IMG/VR virus record: IMGVR_UViG_3300008255_000170
Span: 1 to 49,957 of that record
Strand: one strand, 5' to 3'
DNA length: 49,957 bases
DNA from: a virus
Taxonomy: Duplodnaviria; Caudoviricetes
Each line of letters begins with the position of its first letter. The stretch's first letter is position 1. Shown piece by piece: positions 1-9,457 of this stretch. The position numbers and the translations under genes were made by a program. The notes under the pieces were generated by a model, which did not search any database, was not told the origin of the DNA, and worked only from the letters and a program-made list of their open reading frames with translations.

Positions 1-252
1 GGGGCGTAGAGGCGATTGGTATCTCTAATTTTTGAAATTTTTTTTCGGGTTATTTCCGTTTCCGGTTCGATATTTGTGAAAAACCAATAAAAACGGTGAG
101 TTAGCTGATTTATATTACTTTTTAGTCTTAAAATCGAAATATAGTGTCATGGTGAATGTGGAACTTGGGGCGGCAAACGTTCTGAGTTGCTGAAAATTTT
201 TATTGATTGGGATTGGACAATCGAAAGCCGATATGTTTAGCGAAATCCATAG

Positions 253-305
253 TTATCCACAGGCTTAAGAGTTATCCACAAATAAAGTTAAAAACCTGTG
301 GATAA
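253..305. promoter_or_regulatory. Three consensus DnaA boxes
   Basis: TTATCCACA at 253-261 and 272-280; TGTGGATAA at 297-305. Confidence 0.75.
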
Positions 306-308
306 CTA

Positions 309-337
309 TTGACAGTGATCTACCTTTTACTTAGTAT
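309..337 (+). promoter_or_regulatory. Sigma70 promoter, probable late promoter (pR'-like)
   Basis: TTGACA (309-314), 17 bp spacer, TAGTAT (332-337), upstream of the lysis/morphogenesis operon. Confidence 0.75.
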
Positions 338-395
338 TTCACCAAGATGTAAAGTTTTGCTTCACACGCGCTTATTTGTCATTTTGACAGTTCCC

Positions 396-424
396 GGCTT
401 GCCATATAGGTAAGCCTTTTTTTT
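396..424 (+). terminator. Intrinsic terminator (tR'-like) just downstream of the late promoter
   Basis: GGCTTGCC-ATATA-GGTAAGCC hairpin followed by T8. Confidence 0.7.
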
Positions 425-651
425 GTGGGGCGTTTCGCCCCACAGGTGTTACCGCAGCTTATCTCGCACCAAGCTAATGGCAGAGAGTAGTTTTAGTCTG
501 GCAAGCTATTAATGCATAAATTAGCCTAAATATTTCGTCTCATAGCGTGGCAGCTCGCGGCATCCCGCCAAGCTAGTCTGTTAGTCGGATGCTCCTCCAC
601 ATTCGTAGTGACGCAGCTAGTCAATAAACTGCCTCACCTTAAGGTGATCCC

Positions 652-930
652 ATGGATAAAAAGCTATTACTTTCAACTCTATTGATGGTGCTGTTATCAC
701 TAATGGTTTTCCTCATGATCGATATGAGTGCCATGATTGGCATGGTTAACTCGATCTTTCGGATGGTGATAGCCTGTTCAATTTTCTTGCTGGTTCTGCG
801 TTATATGGACTTTAGAACCGGGTTTAAATTCTTGGATTGGTGGACTAAAGCCGATGATAAAAGCAAAGGTCTTTATCTTAGCGCTAGGGTTATCGCTGTT
901 AGCTTCATCGTCTGCGCTTGCATGGCCTAG
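652..930 (+). CDS. Putative holin
   Basis: 92 aa with about three hydrophobic segments; AAGGTG RBS; first gene of the lysis cassette. Confidence 0.6.
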   Translation: MDKKLLLSTLLMVLLSLMVFLMIDMSAMIGMVNSIFRMVIACSIFLLVLRYMDFRTGFKFLDWWTKADDKSKGLYLSARVIAVSFIVCACMA

Positions 931-1411
931 CAAATACGATTTATTGATTCAGCGCGAAGCCGGGCGGTATATGCCTGGTGTTGATTGGAAGCGTTACAAA
1001 GCACAGCTAATTGTTGAGTCGGCATTGAATGCTGATGCAAAAAGTCCAGTCGGCGCGGGTGGATTGGCTCAAATAATGCCTGGTACTGCCTTGCAATTGA
1101 GCAAACCCCTCGGGTATCGAGTCGATCCTTACAATCCGCACCATGCCGTTCAAGCTGGCGCTTATTACATGGGGTACCTCAGGCAGCAATGGTCATCGAA
1201 GCGTCCAGAATATGATCGCCAGGCATTAGCCGAGTCGAGTTATAACGCTGGATTAGGTCATATTTTGGCATCACAAAAAGCCTGCAATAACGCTTTATTG
1301 TATTTAGAGATCATTGCCTGTTTGCCTCAAATCACAGGCAAGCACTCCACTGAAACGTTGAATTACGTTAAACGGATTGACCGCCAATATGAGCTTATTC
1401 GATACCGCTAA
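854..1411 (+). CDS. Endolysin, lytic transglycosylase (SLT family), with N-terminal signal-peptide-like segment
   Basis: Motifs IVESA, GAGGLAQIMPGTA, SYNAG and ETLNYV; hydrophobic N-terminus ending ALA. Confidence 0.85.
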   Translation: MIKAKVFILALGLSLLASSSALAWPSKYDLLIQREAGRYMPGVDWKRYKAQLIVESALNADAKSPVGAGGLAQIMPGTALQLSKPLGYRVDPYNPHHAVQAGAYYMGYLRQQWSSKRPEYDRQALAESSYNAGLGHILASQKACNNALLYLEIIACLPQITGKHSTETLNYVKRIDRQYELIRYR

Positions 1412-1784
1412 AAACTATTTGCTTGGTATTTTGCTTATTGCCTGCTTACTGCTTGGCCTCTCTGTTTGGGGGCAGCGTACCGCAATAGGCACTCTCACAG
1501 AGTCGCTTAATACTGCAGAGTCAAATCTAAGGAAGAGTACCGAGCAGGTTAAGTCGCTTGAGGAAGAAAAGGCCAAGTTAAGCGCTTTTCACAAGTCAGA
1601 TTTAGAGTTGGTTGTTAGTGCGTGGAAGAACGATAGAGAAACGCGCCAATCGATTACAGGAAAGACCAAAAAGGCCGAGGCTATTTACTATGAACAGCCA
1701 GAAGTTAAAAAGTGGGGCGATACTGCTATTCCTGCTGACTATCTTGAGTTGCTCAAGTCCAGAAATCGTTTATCGAACCCGTGA
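1389..1784 (+). CDS. Putative i-spanin (Rz-like)
   Basis: N-terminal TM helix, then coiled coil and W..T.IP motif; follows the endolysin (alternative start 1377). Confidence 0.7.
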   Translation: MSLFDTAKNYLLGILLIACLLLGLSVWGQRTAIGTLTESLNTAESNLRKSTEQVKSLEEEKAKLSAFHKSDLELVVSAWKNDRETRQSITGKTKKAEAIYYEQPEVKKWGDTAIPADYLELLKSRNRLSNP

Positions 1785-1959
1785 AGTTTATATCAAACCG
1801 TCTTTTGGGGCCTTCCCCGAGATCATTTATCGCCCATTTGAAGGGCAGACCAACCAAGAGTTTTTTCTGTGGTCAATCGAGAATGACGGTTTACTCCAAC
1901 AATGTCTGATTGATAGAGATATGGTGAATACATGGCTGAACCAACTACCAGTACAGTAA
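1690..1959 (+). CDS. Putative o-spanin lipoprotein (Rz1-like)
   Basis: MNSQKLKSGAILLFLLTILSC lipobox-like signal; overlaps the 3' end of the i-spanin in another frame. Confidence 0.7.
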   Translation: MNSQKLKSGAILLFLLTILSCSSPEIVYRTREVYIKPSFGAFPEIIYRPFEGQTNQEFFLWSIENDGLLQQCLIDRDMVNTWLNQLPVQ

Positions 1960-2162
1960 CTATTACTGCAGGCGTGATCGGTACTGCAGTTGCCGCTAAT
2001 AGTAGTGTGGTTGCTGAATCACTGTTGAGAGCTAATTTCGATCAGATTATCAGTGGCAACTTTTATTTTCAGATGGGTGATTTAGTCTCACTTATAGGTG
2101 TAAGTGTACTGCTATGGAACACCTTTAAACATCTTATTAAGCGAGATAAAGATGGACGCTAA
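1932..2162 (+). CDS. Small membrane protein (possible second holin or lysis regulator)
   Basis: 76 aa with hydrophobic segments and a charged C-terminus, coupled to flanking genes. Confidence 0.5.
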   Translation: MAEPTTSTVTITAGVIGTAVAANSSVVAESLLRANFDQIISGNFYFQMGDLVSLIGVSVLLWNTFKHLIKRDKDGR

Positions 2163-2337
2163 TAAAGCTATTGAAATGGCTTTGTTAGCGTTAGCGACTT
2201 CATTTGAACATCTAGTCGCAGAGGTCCAAAGCATGGGCGCGGATCCTGTGCTTACTCGGCTTGCATTGAGTCAGCAGCGGGATTCGTTAAAAACTATTCA
2301 AACTGCAATGAGTCGTATCGATGGCAACGCAAAGTGA
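2152..2337 (+). CDS. Hypothetical protein
   Basis: ATG at 2152 overlaps the previous gene's end and the ORF overlaps the terS start; 61 aa, helical. Confidence 0.5.
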   Translation: MDANKAIEMALLALATSFEHLVAEVQSMGADPVLTRLALSQQRDSLKTIQTAMSRIDGNAK

Positions 2338-2860
2338 AATAGCTTCGTGGCTTGACCTCTCAGATCGACAAGTTAGAAATCTGCAAGAGAGAGGAATCTT
2401 ACCTAAGCCTAAAGGTCGTGGGACTCTCACTGAAAAAGAATGCGTTTTAGCCTATATCAAATATTTGCGTTCACCGGCTGCCAAACTCGAACGTCAAGAG
2501 ATTGATCCTGATAATCCAGAGAAGAAAGAAAACAATGATGACCGCTTAAAGCGGATCCGGGCTGATACCTTAGAGTTTAAGTTGCAGATAGAAATGGGGC
2601 GATATGCCCCAGTTGAGTTTTTATCCTCAGCGCTTGAGCAAGTGGTATCACAGATTTTACCAAAACTAGCCTCTATCCCCTCAATTATTCGGTTGGCATT
2701 ACCTGATGTTAGGCCGTCTACCATTGAGAAAATAACAGAAGAAATTGGAAAACTGCAGAACTCAATCGCCGATATCGACATTTCATTGCCAGATATTGAC
2801 GGCGGCTTTGAAGCGGAAGGTGAGGCGTTCGCTCTCGCCGATGAGGACTCTACCGCCTGA
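2321..2860 (+). CDS. terS: Terminase small subunit (lambda Nu1-like)
   Basis: N-terminal winged HTH (EIASWLDLSDRQVRNLQERGIL) and coiled coil; precedes terL. Confidence 0.85.
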   Translation: MATQSEIASWLDLSDRQVRNLQERGILPKPKGRGTLTEKECVLAYIKYLRSPAAKLERQEIDPDNPEKKENNDDRLKRIRADTLEFKLQIEMGRYAPVEFLSSALEQVVSQILPKLASIPSIIRLALPDVRPSTIEKITEEIGKLQNSIADIDISLPDIDGGFEAEGEAFALADEDSTA

Positions 2861-4784
2861 ATCCGCAGTTGAGTGGGCAGATAAAAACTTTTACCTGAGT
2901 CCAGAATCTTCAAACATAGAAGGGCTTTGGACTACAAAACCTTATCAGGTGGTACCACTTAATCTGATTGGTAACGATGATTGCGAAGAACTTTACATAA
3001 AGAAGTCTGCGCGTATCGGTTACACCAAGGTCATGGTTATTGGTGGTGCGTTTCTTACTGTTAAAAAGAAACGTAAAGGGCTGACGTATCAGCCTACAGA
3101 TGATGATGCTAAAGACTTCGTACAAGATGAAGTAGATACAGCTATTCGCGACTGTAAAGCCTTGCGTGACGCAAGTATCGACTTTGGCAAGCAGACTAAA
3201 AATAACAAGTCCCTGAAAAAGGTTTTTCAGGGCACTATTTGGGATTTTAAAGGCGGTAAGTCGGCGAAAAACTATCGCCGTATGACAAAAGACTTTGTGC
3301 AAGTCGATGAAGCTAACGGCTTTGATTGGTCAGTAGGTGGCGGTGGGGGCGAAGAAGGCGACCCTATGGCGCTCGCCAAGACTCGTTTAATTGGTTCGCC
3401 ATTCCCTAAGTTTATTGCCGGTACTACACCCACAGTTGTACAGCGCAGCCATATAGGCAAGTTGATAGCACAAGCAAATGTTGTGCTTAAGATGTTTTTG
3501 CCATGCCCACACTGTGGCCACCTACAGCCTTTGCGCTTTGGTGGTCCTGATTGTGATTTTGGGTTTAAGTATCTTAAAAACGCAAAAGGCGAACTCATCA
3601 AAGGTTCTGCCGCCTTTATGTGTGAGCACGGCGATTGCCACGCCCTATTTGAGTTTGGTGATCTTGAAGATATGCAGCGCAAAGGTCGCTGGCAAAATGA
3701 CGATGGCAGCATTTGGACCCGTGACGGTCTTACCTTCTTTGATGAAAATAATAAATCCATTCAAACCCCGCTAAAAATCGGGATAGAAATATGGTCAGCC
3801 TACTCGCTACACGATGGGTGGGAAAATCTCGCTAACCGTCATATAGCAGCCCTTAAAGACAAGGCCAGCCTCCGCAAATTTGTTAATACCGACTTAGGCG
3901 AGGATTGGGAAGATAAGCTCGCCGAGCAGCTTAGTTGGGAACGCCTACATTTACGCCGTGAAATCTACCCAAGTAAAGTACCTAAGTGGGGCATCTTTAT
4001 TACAGGTGGTATCGACACCCAAGATAACCGTGTTGAATTTTTCGTTTGGGCATGGGGCGCAGACTATGAATGCTGGCTTGTCTGGCATGAAGTCATTATG
4101 GGCCGACCAGATGACCCAGATGTAAAAATAGCCTGTGAAAGAGCGTTATTTAGAACATTTGAGGGCTATGACGGCCAGCATTATGGTGTTCAGCGTTGGT
4201 GCTGGGATCATAAGGGCCACTATAGCGAAACGGTAATAGCCGCCTCAATTAAGTACGGTATTCGATGGGTTATCCCTGTGCATGGTTCGTCAATTTATGG
4301 CAAACCTATTGCAAATATGCCAAAGGAAAAACGAGCGAATAAAACGTATGCCACTGAGATAGGTACTGACACAGCCAAAGAGTGGATTTATTCCCATATA
4401 GCAATTGATCCACACCTCTCAGGCGCCAATCCTGGTTATATCCATTTGCCGTTAAATGATGCGATTTGTGATGAGTCAATCTGCAAGCAAATAGTGTCAG
4501 AGGTACGTGTAACTAAGTATGTCAAAGGTAAGCAAGTTACTTACTTTGATAATGAAGGTCGCCGCAATGAAGCTCTCGACTGTTTTGTTTATGCCCTTGC
4601 CGCCTTAATGATATCAATCTCACGGTTTGGGGTTGATTTAGCCATTTTGACTAAAGAACGTGCTGCTTTAGATACCCCAATAAGCCCAGTTGGTAAGTCG
4701 GTAGGTCATAAAGCAGATCAACAGGAACCCGATACGTTAGCCGCGAAATTGGCCGCACTGGGCAAAAAATTAGGAGCCAATTAA
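2745..4784 (+). CDS. terL: Terminase large subunit (lambda gpA family); start uncertain
   Basis: AVEWAD, Walker A KSARIGYTK, VDE, CPHC zinc motif, GIDTQ nuclease motif, RNEALDC. Confidence 0.95.
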   Translation: MENCRTQSPISTFHCQILTAALKRKVRRSLSPMRTLPPESAVEWADKNFYLSPESSNIEGLWTTKPYQVVPLNLIGNDDCEELYIKKSARIGYTKVMVIGGAFLTVKKKRKGLTYQPTDDDAKDFVQDEVDTAIRDCKALRDASIDFGKQTKNNKSLKKVFQGTIWDFKGGKSAKNYRRMTKDFVQVDEANGFDWSVGGGGGEEGDPMALAKTRLIGSPFPKFIAGTTPTVVQRSHIGKLIAQANVVLKMFLPCPHCGHLQPLRFGGPDCDFGFKYLKNAKGELIKGSAAFMCEHGDCHALFEFGDLEDMQRKGRWQNDDGSIWTRDGLTFFDENNKSIQTPLKIGIEIWSAYSLHDGWENLANRHIAALKDKASLRKFVNTDLGEDWEDKLAEQLSWERLHLRREIYPSKVPKWGIFITGGIDTQDNRVEFFVWAWGADYECWLVWHEVIMGRPDDPDVKIACERALFRTFEGYDGQHYGVQRWCWDHKGHYSETVIAASIKYGIRWVIPVHGSSIYGKPIANMPKEKRANKTYATEIGTDTAKEWIYSHIAIDPHLSGANPGYIHLPLNDAICDESICKQIVSEVRVTKYVKGKQVTYFDNEGRRNEALDCFVYALAALMISISRFGVDLAILTKERAALDTPISPVGKSVGHKADQQEPDTLAAKLAALGKKLGAN

Positions 4785-4990
4785 TGGACAACGCAACCTT
4801 ACTCACTGAGGCAAAAGCAGCCTATCACGACTTAATGACGGGCAGTGCTGTGGTATCAGTTTGGTACCAAGGCCGCCGTACAGAATTTAGACCAGCGGGT
4901 GCCCAGCAATTAAAAAGCTATATCGAAGAATTAGAACGGCTAAACGGTGGAATTGGGAAGCGTAGATCCCCTGCAGGAGTAACTTTTTAA
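4784..4990 (+). CDS. Head-tail joining protein gpW
   Basis: AKAAYHDLMTG..VVSV...GRRTEF...LKSYIEELE...RRSPAG matches the lambda gpW pattern. Confidence 0.88.
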   Translation: MDNATLLTEAKAAYHDLMTGSAVVSVWYQGRRTEFRPAGAQQLKSYIEELERLNGGIGKRRSPAGVTF

Positions 4991-6570
4991 TGCAGTATTC
5001 AAAGTTAGTCGATGCCGAAGGGCAACCTATTCCCTTAGCCAGTTTTGGCCGTTCCATGGGTGGTGAAATAGCCTCTTGGAAAACCAGCCCAAAGTTAACC
5101 GATGAATCCTACTTACCGATTAAGGGTGATGCAGATTCAAAGGCTGAGGACTTGATCCAAAACCACGGGATAGCTTCCGGTAGCGTACAAACCCACGTTG
5201 ATAACATTGTGGGCCACCAATTCCGATTAAATGCCAAACCGCTATATCAGCGATTAGGCATTAGCCATGAAGATGCGCGTTTATGGGGCAAAGATACTGA
5301 GGCCGCTTTTCTAGAGTATTCCGAGGATACCCGCTGTTATATCGATGCCGAAGAACGCCGAACTTTTACTATGTTAATCCGTGATGCTGTTCGCGGTCAT
5401 TTAACCACAGGTGAGGTGATGGCCGCTGCAGAGTGGATTAATCACGATGGCAGCCCATACCGCACCGCGATAAAGATGATATCGCCCCATAGGGTATGCA
5501 ATCCCAATGGTGCAATGGATACGACCAGTTTAAGAGGCGGTGTAAGGCTTAATAAATATGGGGCAGCAAAAGCCTATTGCGTTAGACAAGCCAATGATAA
5601 CAACTTTGGTTTTAGCCTTGGCCTTGGCGGTACTTGGAAAGAAATTAAGGTTTATAAACCTTGGGGCCGTAAACAGTTTATCCATATTTTCGATCCTAAT
5701 GGTGATAGTAATTGCCGTGGTACTACAGGATTTATTTCTGTCCTCAGCCGCTTAAAAATGCTGGACAAGTACCAAGGCGTAAGACTGCAAAACGCCATAA
5801 TTAACGCCATGTATGCCGCCACTATTGAGACAGAGCTAGATGCAGATACCGCCTTCCAGATTATTGGCGGTGATACCAATGGATCTAAGAAACTACTCGA
5901 TTATATGGGCACTGTTGAGGCTTATCACTCAAGCGCCAACATCACCATGAATGGGGTAAAAATCCCCCATTTAATGCCTGGTGAAAAGTTTAAGTTAAAT
6001 GCCCCAGGTAACGTAGATAACGGCTTTGCCGCCTTTGAAAAGTCCATTTTGCGCTATGTAGCTGCTGGTTTAAATATCAGTTACGAGCAGCTTGCAAAAG
6101 ACTACAGCCAAGTGAGCTATTCATCGGCCCGTGCTTCTTTAATGAATGAATGGCGTTACTTTCTTGGCCGTAGAGCAATTATTGCCGCCCGTTATGCGTC
6201 CGAGATTTATCAATTGTGGCTAGAAGAAGCGATTAACTTAAATATCATCAAATTGCCTCGAAAAGCTCAGTTTAACTACTATGAAGCCCGTGCTGCTTGG
6301 TCAAGAGCTAGTTGGATTGGTGCAGGACGTTTAGCCATTGATGGTGTGAAAGAAGTAAAAGAAGCGCTGTTAAGGATTGAAGGCGGCTTATCTACCTATG
6401 AGAAAGAATTGTCGATCATGGGTGAAGATTATCAAGAGATCTTCGAGCAGCAAGTAAGAGAAACAGAAGAACGCCGTGCAGCAGGATTACCACCACCAAG
6501 CTGGGCGAGTGCAGAGCAATTTGCGCCAACAGAAGGTCAAGATAATGGAAATACTGCAAGCGCTAACTAA
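4990..6570 (+). CDS. Portal protein, lambda gpB family
   Basis: 526 aa; VAAGLNISYEQLAKDYSQVSYSSARAS and IDGVKEV motifs. Confidence 0.93.
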   Translation: MQYSKLVDAEGQPIPLASFGRSMGGEIASWKTSPKLTDESYLPIKGDADSKAEDLIQNHGIASGSVQTHVDNIVGHQFRLNAKPLYQRLGISHEDARLWGKDTEAAFLEYSEDTRCYIDAEERRTFTMLIRDAVRGHLTTGEVMAAAEWINHDGSPYRTAIKMISPHRVCNPNGAMDTTSLRGGVRLNKYGAAKAYCVRQANDNNFGFSLGLGGTWKEIKVYKPWGRKQFIHIFDPNGDSNCRGTTGFISVLSRLKMLDKYQGVRLQNAIINAMYAATIETELDADTAFQIIGGDTNGSKKLLDYMGTVEAYHSSANITMNGVKIPHLMPGEKFKLNAPGNVDNGFAAFEKSILRYVAAGLNISYEQLAKDYSQVSYSSARASLMNEWRYFLGRRAIIAARYASEIYQLWLEEAINLNIIKLPRKAQFNYYEARAAWSRASWIGAGRLAIDGVKEVKEALLRIEGGLSTYEKELSIMGEDYQEIFEQQVRETEERRAAGLPPPSWASAEQFAPTEGQDNGNTASAN

Positions 6571-7894
6571 TCAGCCTTTAGCTCTAGATAAAGCTTGGGC
6601 AAAAAATTACTTTTCCCATCTTCTAAAAAAGCAAAATATCAGTCTGAGGGATAACTCAGGACTGATTGAAGCTGTTGATAAAGTCAAGATTAAAGCCATC
6701 TTAGGTGGCGAGTTTCATTTTACCGAAGGTGAGTATTATCGGGTTGTGGATGGTGTGGCTTGTATACAGGTCATTGGTCCTCTGGCTCACCGTTTTAGTT
6801 GGTGGAGTTGGGGATATCGTGAACTGGCAGGGAAGATTAAGGCTGCATTAAAGGATCCTGCAGTACACGCCATTTTGCTGGATACCGAAACACCAGGCGG
6901 CACAGTTGCTGGGTTATTCGACTTTGCCCGTTTTATTAAACAGGCCAGTGAGAAGAAACCAATTTATAGCCTGATCAACGATATGTCTTGCTCTGCTGGT
7001 ATGGCAATTTCATCACAAACTAAGAAGCGCTTTATTACGCAGAACGGCATTGCTGGTTCTATTGGCGTAGTCATGCTGCATATCAATCAAGGTCCATGGT
7101 TAGAGAAGGTCGGCATTGAAGCCACGCTTATATATTCAGGTGAACATAAAGTCGATGGCAACCCATATGAATCTTTACCTGATGATGTGCATAAGAACTA
7201 TAAAACCCAATGTGATCAGCTAAGACAAGAGTTTGCTGAGTTAGTGGCCAGCAATATGGACATGAGCATAGATCAGATATTGGCGACTGAGGCGGCCACT
7301 TATCGCGGCCAAGAGGCTATTGATATTGGACTTGCTGATCAAATGGTCAATGCCTACGACATTATCGACATTATTAATGATTCAAACCAAACCGCCCATT
7401 TCAACTTCATAGGTACCAGTATGGAAAATCCAAATAGCACAACCGTTGACGCTACTACCGGCGCACCTGCCGTAGCTGCCTCGGCAAAAATCCAAGAGCA
7501 AGTTGCTGCAGTACAACAACAGCAAGAAGCCAGCACGACAACAGCAGAAACCACAGTTGTAGTCGGAGCAGGCGGATTACTGGGCGCCTCGGCAGAACGC
7601 GACAGAATAAAGACCATTATGGGTAGCGAACAAGCTAAGGCATCGCCAGCACTTGCAGAACACTTTGCTTACAACACAGATATGAGCGCCACGGAAGTCA
7701 CTGCTGCGCTAGAAGCTGCCGCTAAAGATAAGCCTAAAACCGAAGCGAGCTCTCAAAGTGGTATTAATTCTGGATTTGAAGCTGCCATGGAAAACGGAAA
7801 CCCAGATATTGGCGCCGATGCTGGCGAATTATCCGGCGATGACAAAGTGATCGCAGATTCATTGGCTGTTTATAACGGCGGATTTAAAGCCTAA
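6545..7894 (+). CDS. Prohead protease, S49 family (lambda gpC-like), probably with an internal in-frame scaffold start at 7421
   Basis: DTETPGGTVAG, CSAG, GSIGVV and HKVDGNPYE motifs; low-complexity C-terminus with AERDRI starting after ATG 7421. Confidence 0.9.
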   Translation: MEILQALTNQPLALDKAWAKNYFSHLLKKQNISLRDNSGLIEAVDKVKIKAILGGEFHFTEGEYYRVVDGVACIQVIGPLAHRFSWWSWGYRELAGKIKAALKDPAVHAILLDTETPGGTVAGLFDFARFIKQASEKKPIYSLINDMSCSAGMAISSQTKKRFITQNGIAGSIGVVMLHINQGPWLEKVGIEATLIYSGEHKVDGNPYESLPDDVHKNYKTQCDQLRQEFAELVASNMDMSIDQILATEAATYRGQEAIDIGLADQMVNAYDIIDIINDSNQTAHFNFIGTSMENPNSTTVDATTGAPAVAASAKIQEQVAAVQQQQEASTTTAETTVVVGAGGLLGASAERDRIKTIMGSEQAKASPALAEHFAYNTDMSATEVTAALEAAAKDKPKTEASSQSGINSGFEAAMENGNPDIGADAGELSGDDKVIADSLAVYNGGFKA

Positions 7895-7950
7895 TCCGCT
7901 TCAACCTTACCTAAGTATTCACTGCTTAACCTGTTAACAAGGATCCAATT

Positions 7951-8301
7951 ATGGAATTTAACTATGAAACATGGGAAACGGGTAGCGACCCCGTTTATAC
8001 CACTACAGTTACCATTGCTTCCGGGCAAGTTTTGGAAGCTAGAACTCCACTTGGCCAAGTCACCGCAACTGGCGAGTTTAAAGCGGTAGACCTAGCCGCT
8101 AACGATGGTTCGCAAGTCGCCACGCGTATGACTGCTTTCCCAATCGATGCCACAGCAGGCGCTAAGCAAGCAGCCGTGATTAAATCGGGTTCATTTAACC
8201 CTGAGCTAGTCAATTGGCCTGCAAGTTTTAATACTGCAGCGAAAAAGGCTACAGCTTTCGTAGGCACACCAATTTCGTTGCAATTGCCTCGCGAATACTA
8301 A
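7951..8301 (+). CDS. Head decoration protein (gpD-like)
   Basis: 116 aa between protease and capsid; DGSQ..., GSFNPELVNWP. Confidence 0.85.
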   Translation: MEFNYETWETGSDPVYTTTVTIASGQVLEARTPLGQVTATGEFKAVDLAANDGSQVATRMTAFPIDATAGAKQAAVIKSGSFNPELVNWPASFNTAAKKATAFVGTPISLQLPREY

Positions 8302-8360
8302 TCGCTTACCCCTCAGCGTTGTTTTGCTGATCCTTTTATATTTTTAAGCAGGTAACAAAT

Positions 8361-9386
8361 ATGGAAACACTGACTACTAATCAGATGCTTGGTATTACGG
8401 AAAAGCTATTTAAGTTTAATCCGTTCTTTTTAATGATGTTCTTCCCAAATGAAATGACTTTTGAAACCGAAGAAATTCATTTCGATAAGATTAGCCAGAG
8501 TGGCAAGCTTGCCCCATTTGTTAGCCCTATGGTTGCGGGTAAAGCAAATCGTAAACAAGGCTTTGCTCGTGAAACCTTGCTGCCAGCTTATGTAAAACCT
8601 AAGGATATTATTAATCCTAGCTTACCAATCAAGGTTAAGGTGGGTGAAAAATCTGGTGGTACCTTAAGCGCAGCCCAGCGCCGCCAATGGTGGAGAACTC
8701 ACCTCTTAGGCGAACAGGAACTCAAGATCCTTCGCCGTGAAGAATGGATGGCAGTACAAGCAGTTGTTACGGGTAAAGTGATGATCGTGGGTGAGGATTA
8801 TCCAGCTCAGGAAGTCGATTTTAAACGTGATGCTGGTAATAACATCACCTTAGTTGGCGCCGCTAAATGGGCTAACTGTGATATCAATACCTATGACCCA
8901 ACTGATGATGTTGAAGATTGGGCCATGTTGGCAAACGGGCCTATTAATATCGCAGTAATGGATAAAACCGCGTGGCGTTTATATAAACGCTTTAAAGTGG
9001 TTAAGGACATGCTGAAAACCGACTCAGGTTCGCGCACTAAAATGGAAACTGGGCCAAAAGATTTGGGCATGACAGCCAGCTATAAGGGCACCTTTGGTGC
9101 TGATCTAGAAATCTGGGTTTATAACGGCCAGTATGAAGATGATACCGGCAGTAAACAGCCATTCTTACCCGATGGTACAGTGATCCTAGGTAATGATGGT
9201 TATCAGGGTGTTCGCGCCTATGGTGCTATTCAAGATGCCAAGGCGAATGATCAAGGTGTATTCGCTGCCAAGCGCTACCCTAAAAACTGGTTCACCGATG
9301 ATCCCTCTGTCGAAAACATTATGACGCAATCTGCGCCATTGATGGTGACTGAGGATGCGGATGCCTTTGTGGTTATCCGTATCTAA
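8361..9386 (+). CDS. Major capsid protein, lambda gpE family
   Basis: APFVSPMVAG, PAYVKPK, RREEWMAVQAV and MTQSAPL motifs. Confidence 0.95.
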   Translation: METLTTNQMLGITEKLFKFNPFFLMMFFPNEMTFETEEIHFDKISQSGKLAPFVSPMVAGKANRKQGFARETLLPAYVKPKDIINPSLPIKVKVGEKSGGTLSAAQRRQWWRTHLLGEQELKILRREEWMAVQAVVTGKVMIVGEDYPAQEVDFKRDAGNNITLVGAAKWANCDINTYDPTDDVEDWAMLANGPINIAVMDKTAWRLYKRFKVVKDMLKTDSGSRTKMETGPKDLGMTASYKGTFGADLEIWVYNGQYEDDTGSKQPFLPDGTVILGNDGYQGVRAYGAIQDAKANDQGVFAAKRYPKNWFTDDPSVENIMTQSAPLMVTEDADAFVVIRI

Positions 9387-9400
9387 CTAACCTACCACTT

Positions 9401-9431
9401 AATAATGGGGCGTTTCGCCCCATTATTTTTT
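9401..9431 (+). terminator. Hairpin/terminator after the capsid gene, containing the dispersed GGGGCG-N3-CGCCCC motif
   Basis: AATAATGGGGCG-TTT-CGCCCCATTATT followed by T residues. Confidence 0.65.
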
Positions 9432-9457
9432 CACTCGCTCACTTAAGAGAACTCAAC

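Noticed and set aside
445-650. tRNA gene
   Set aside because: No cloverleaf or T-loop GTTCRA motif recognised
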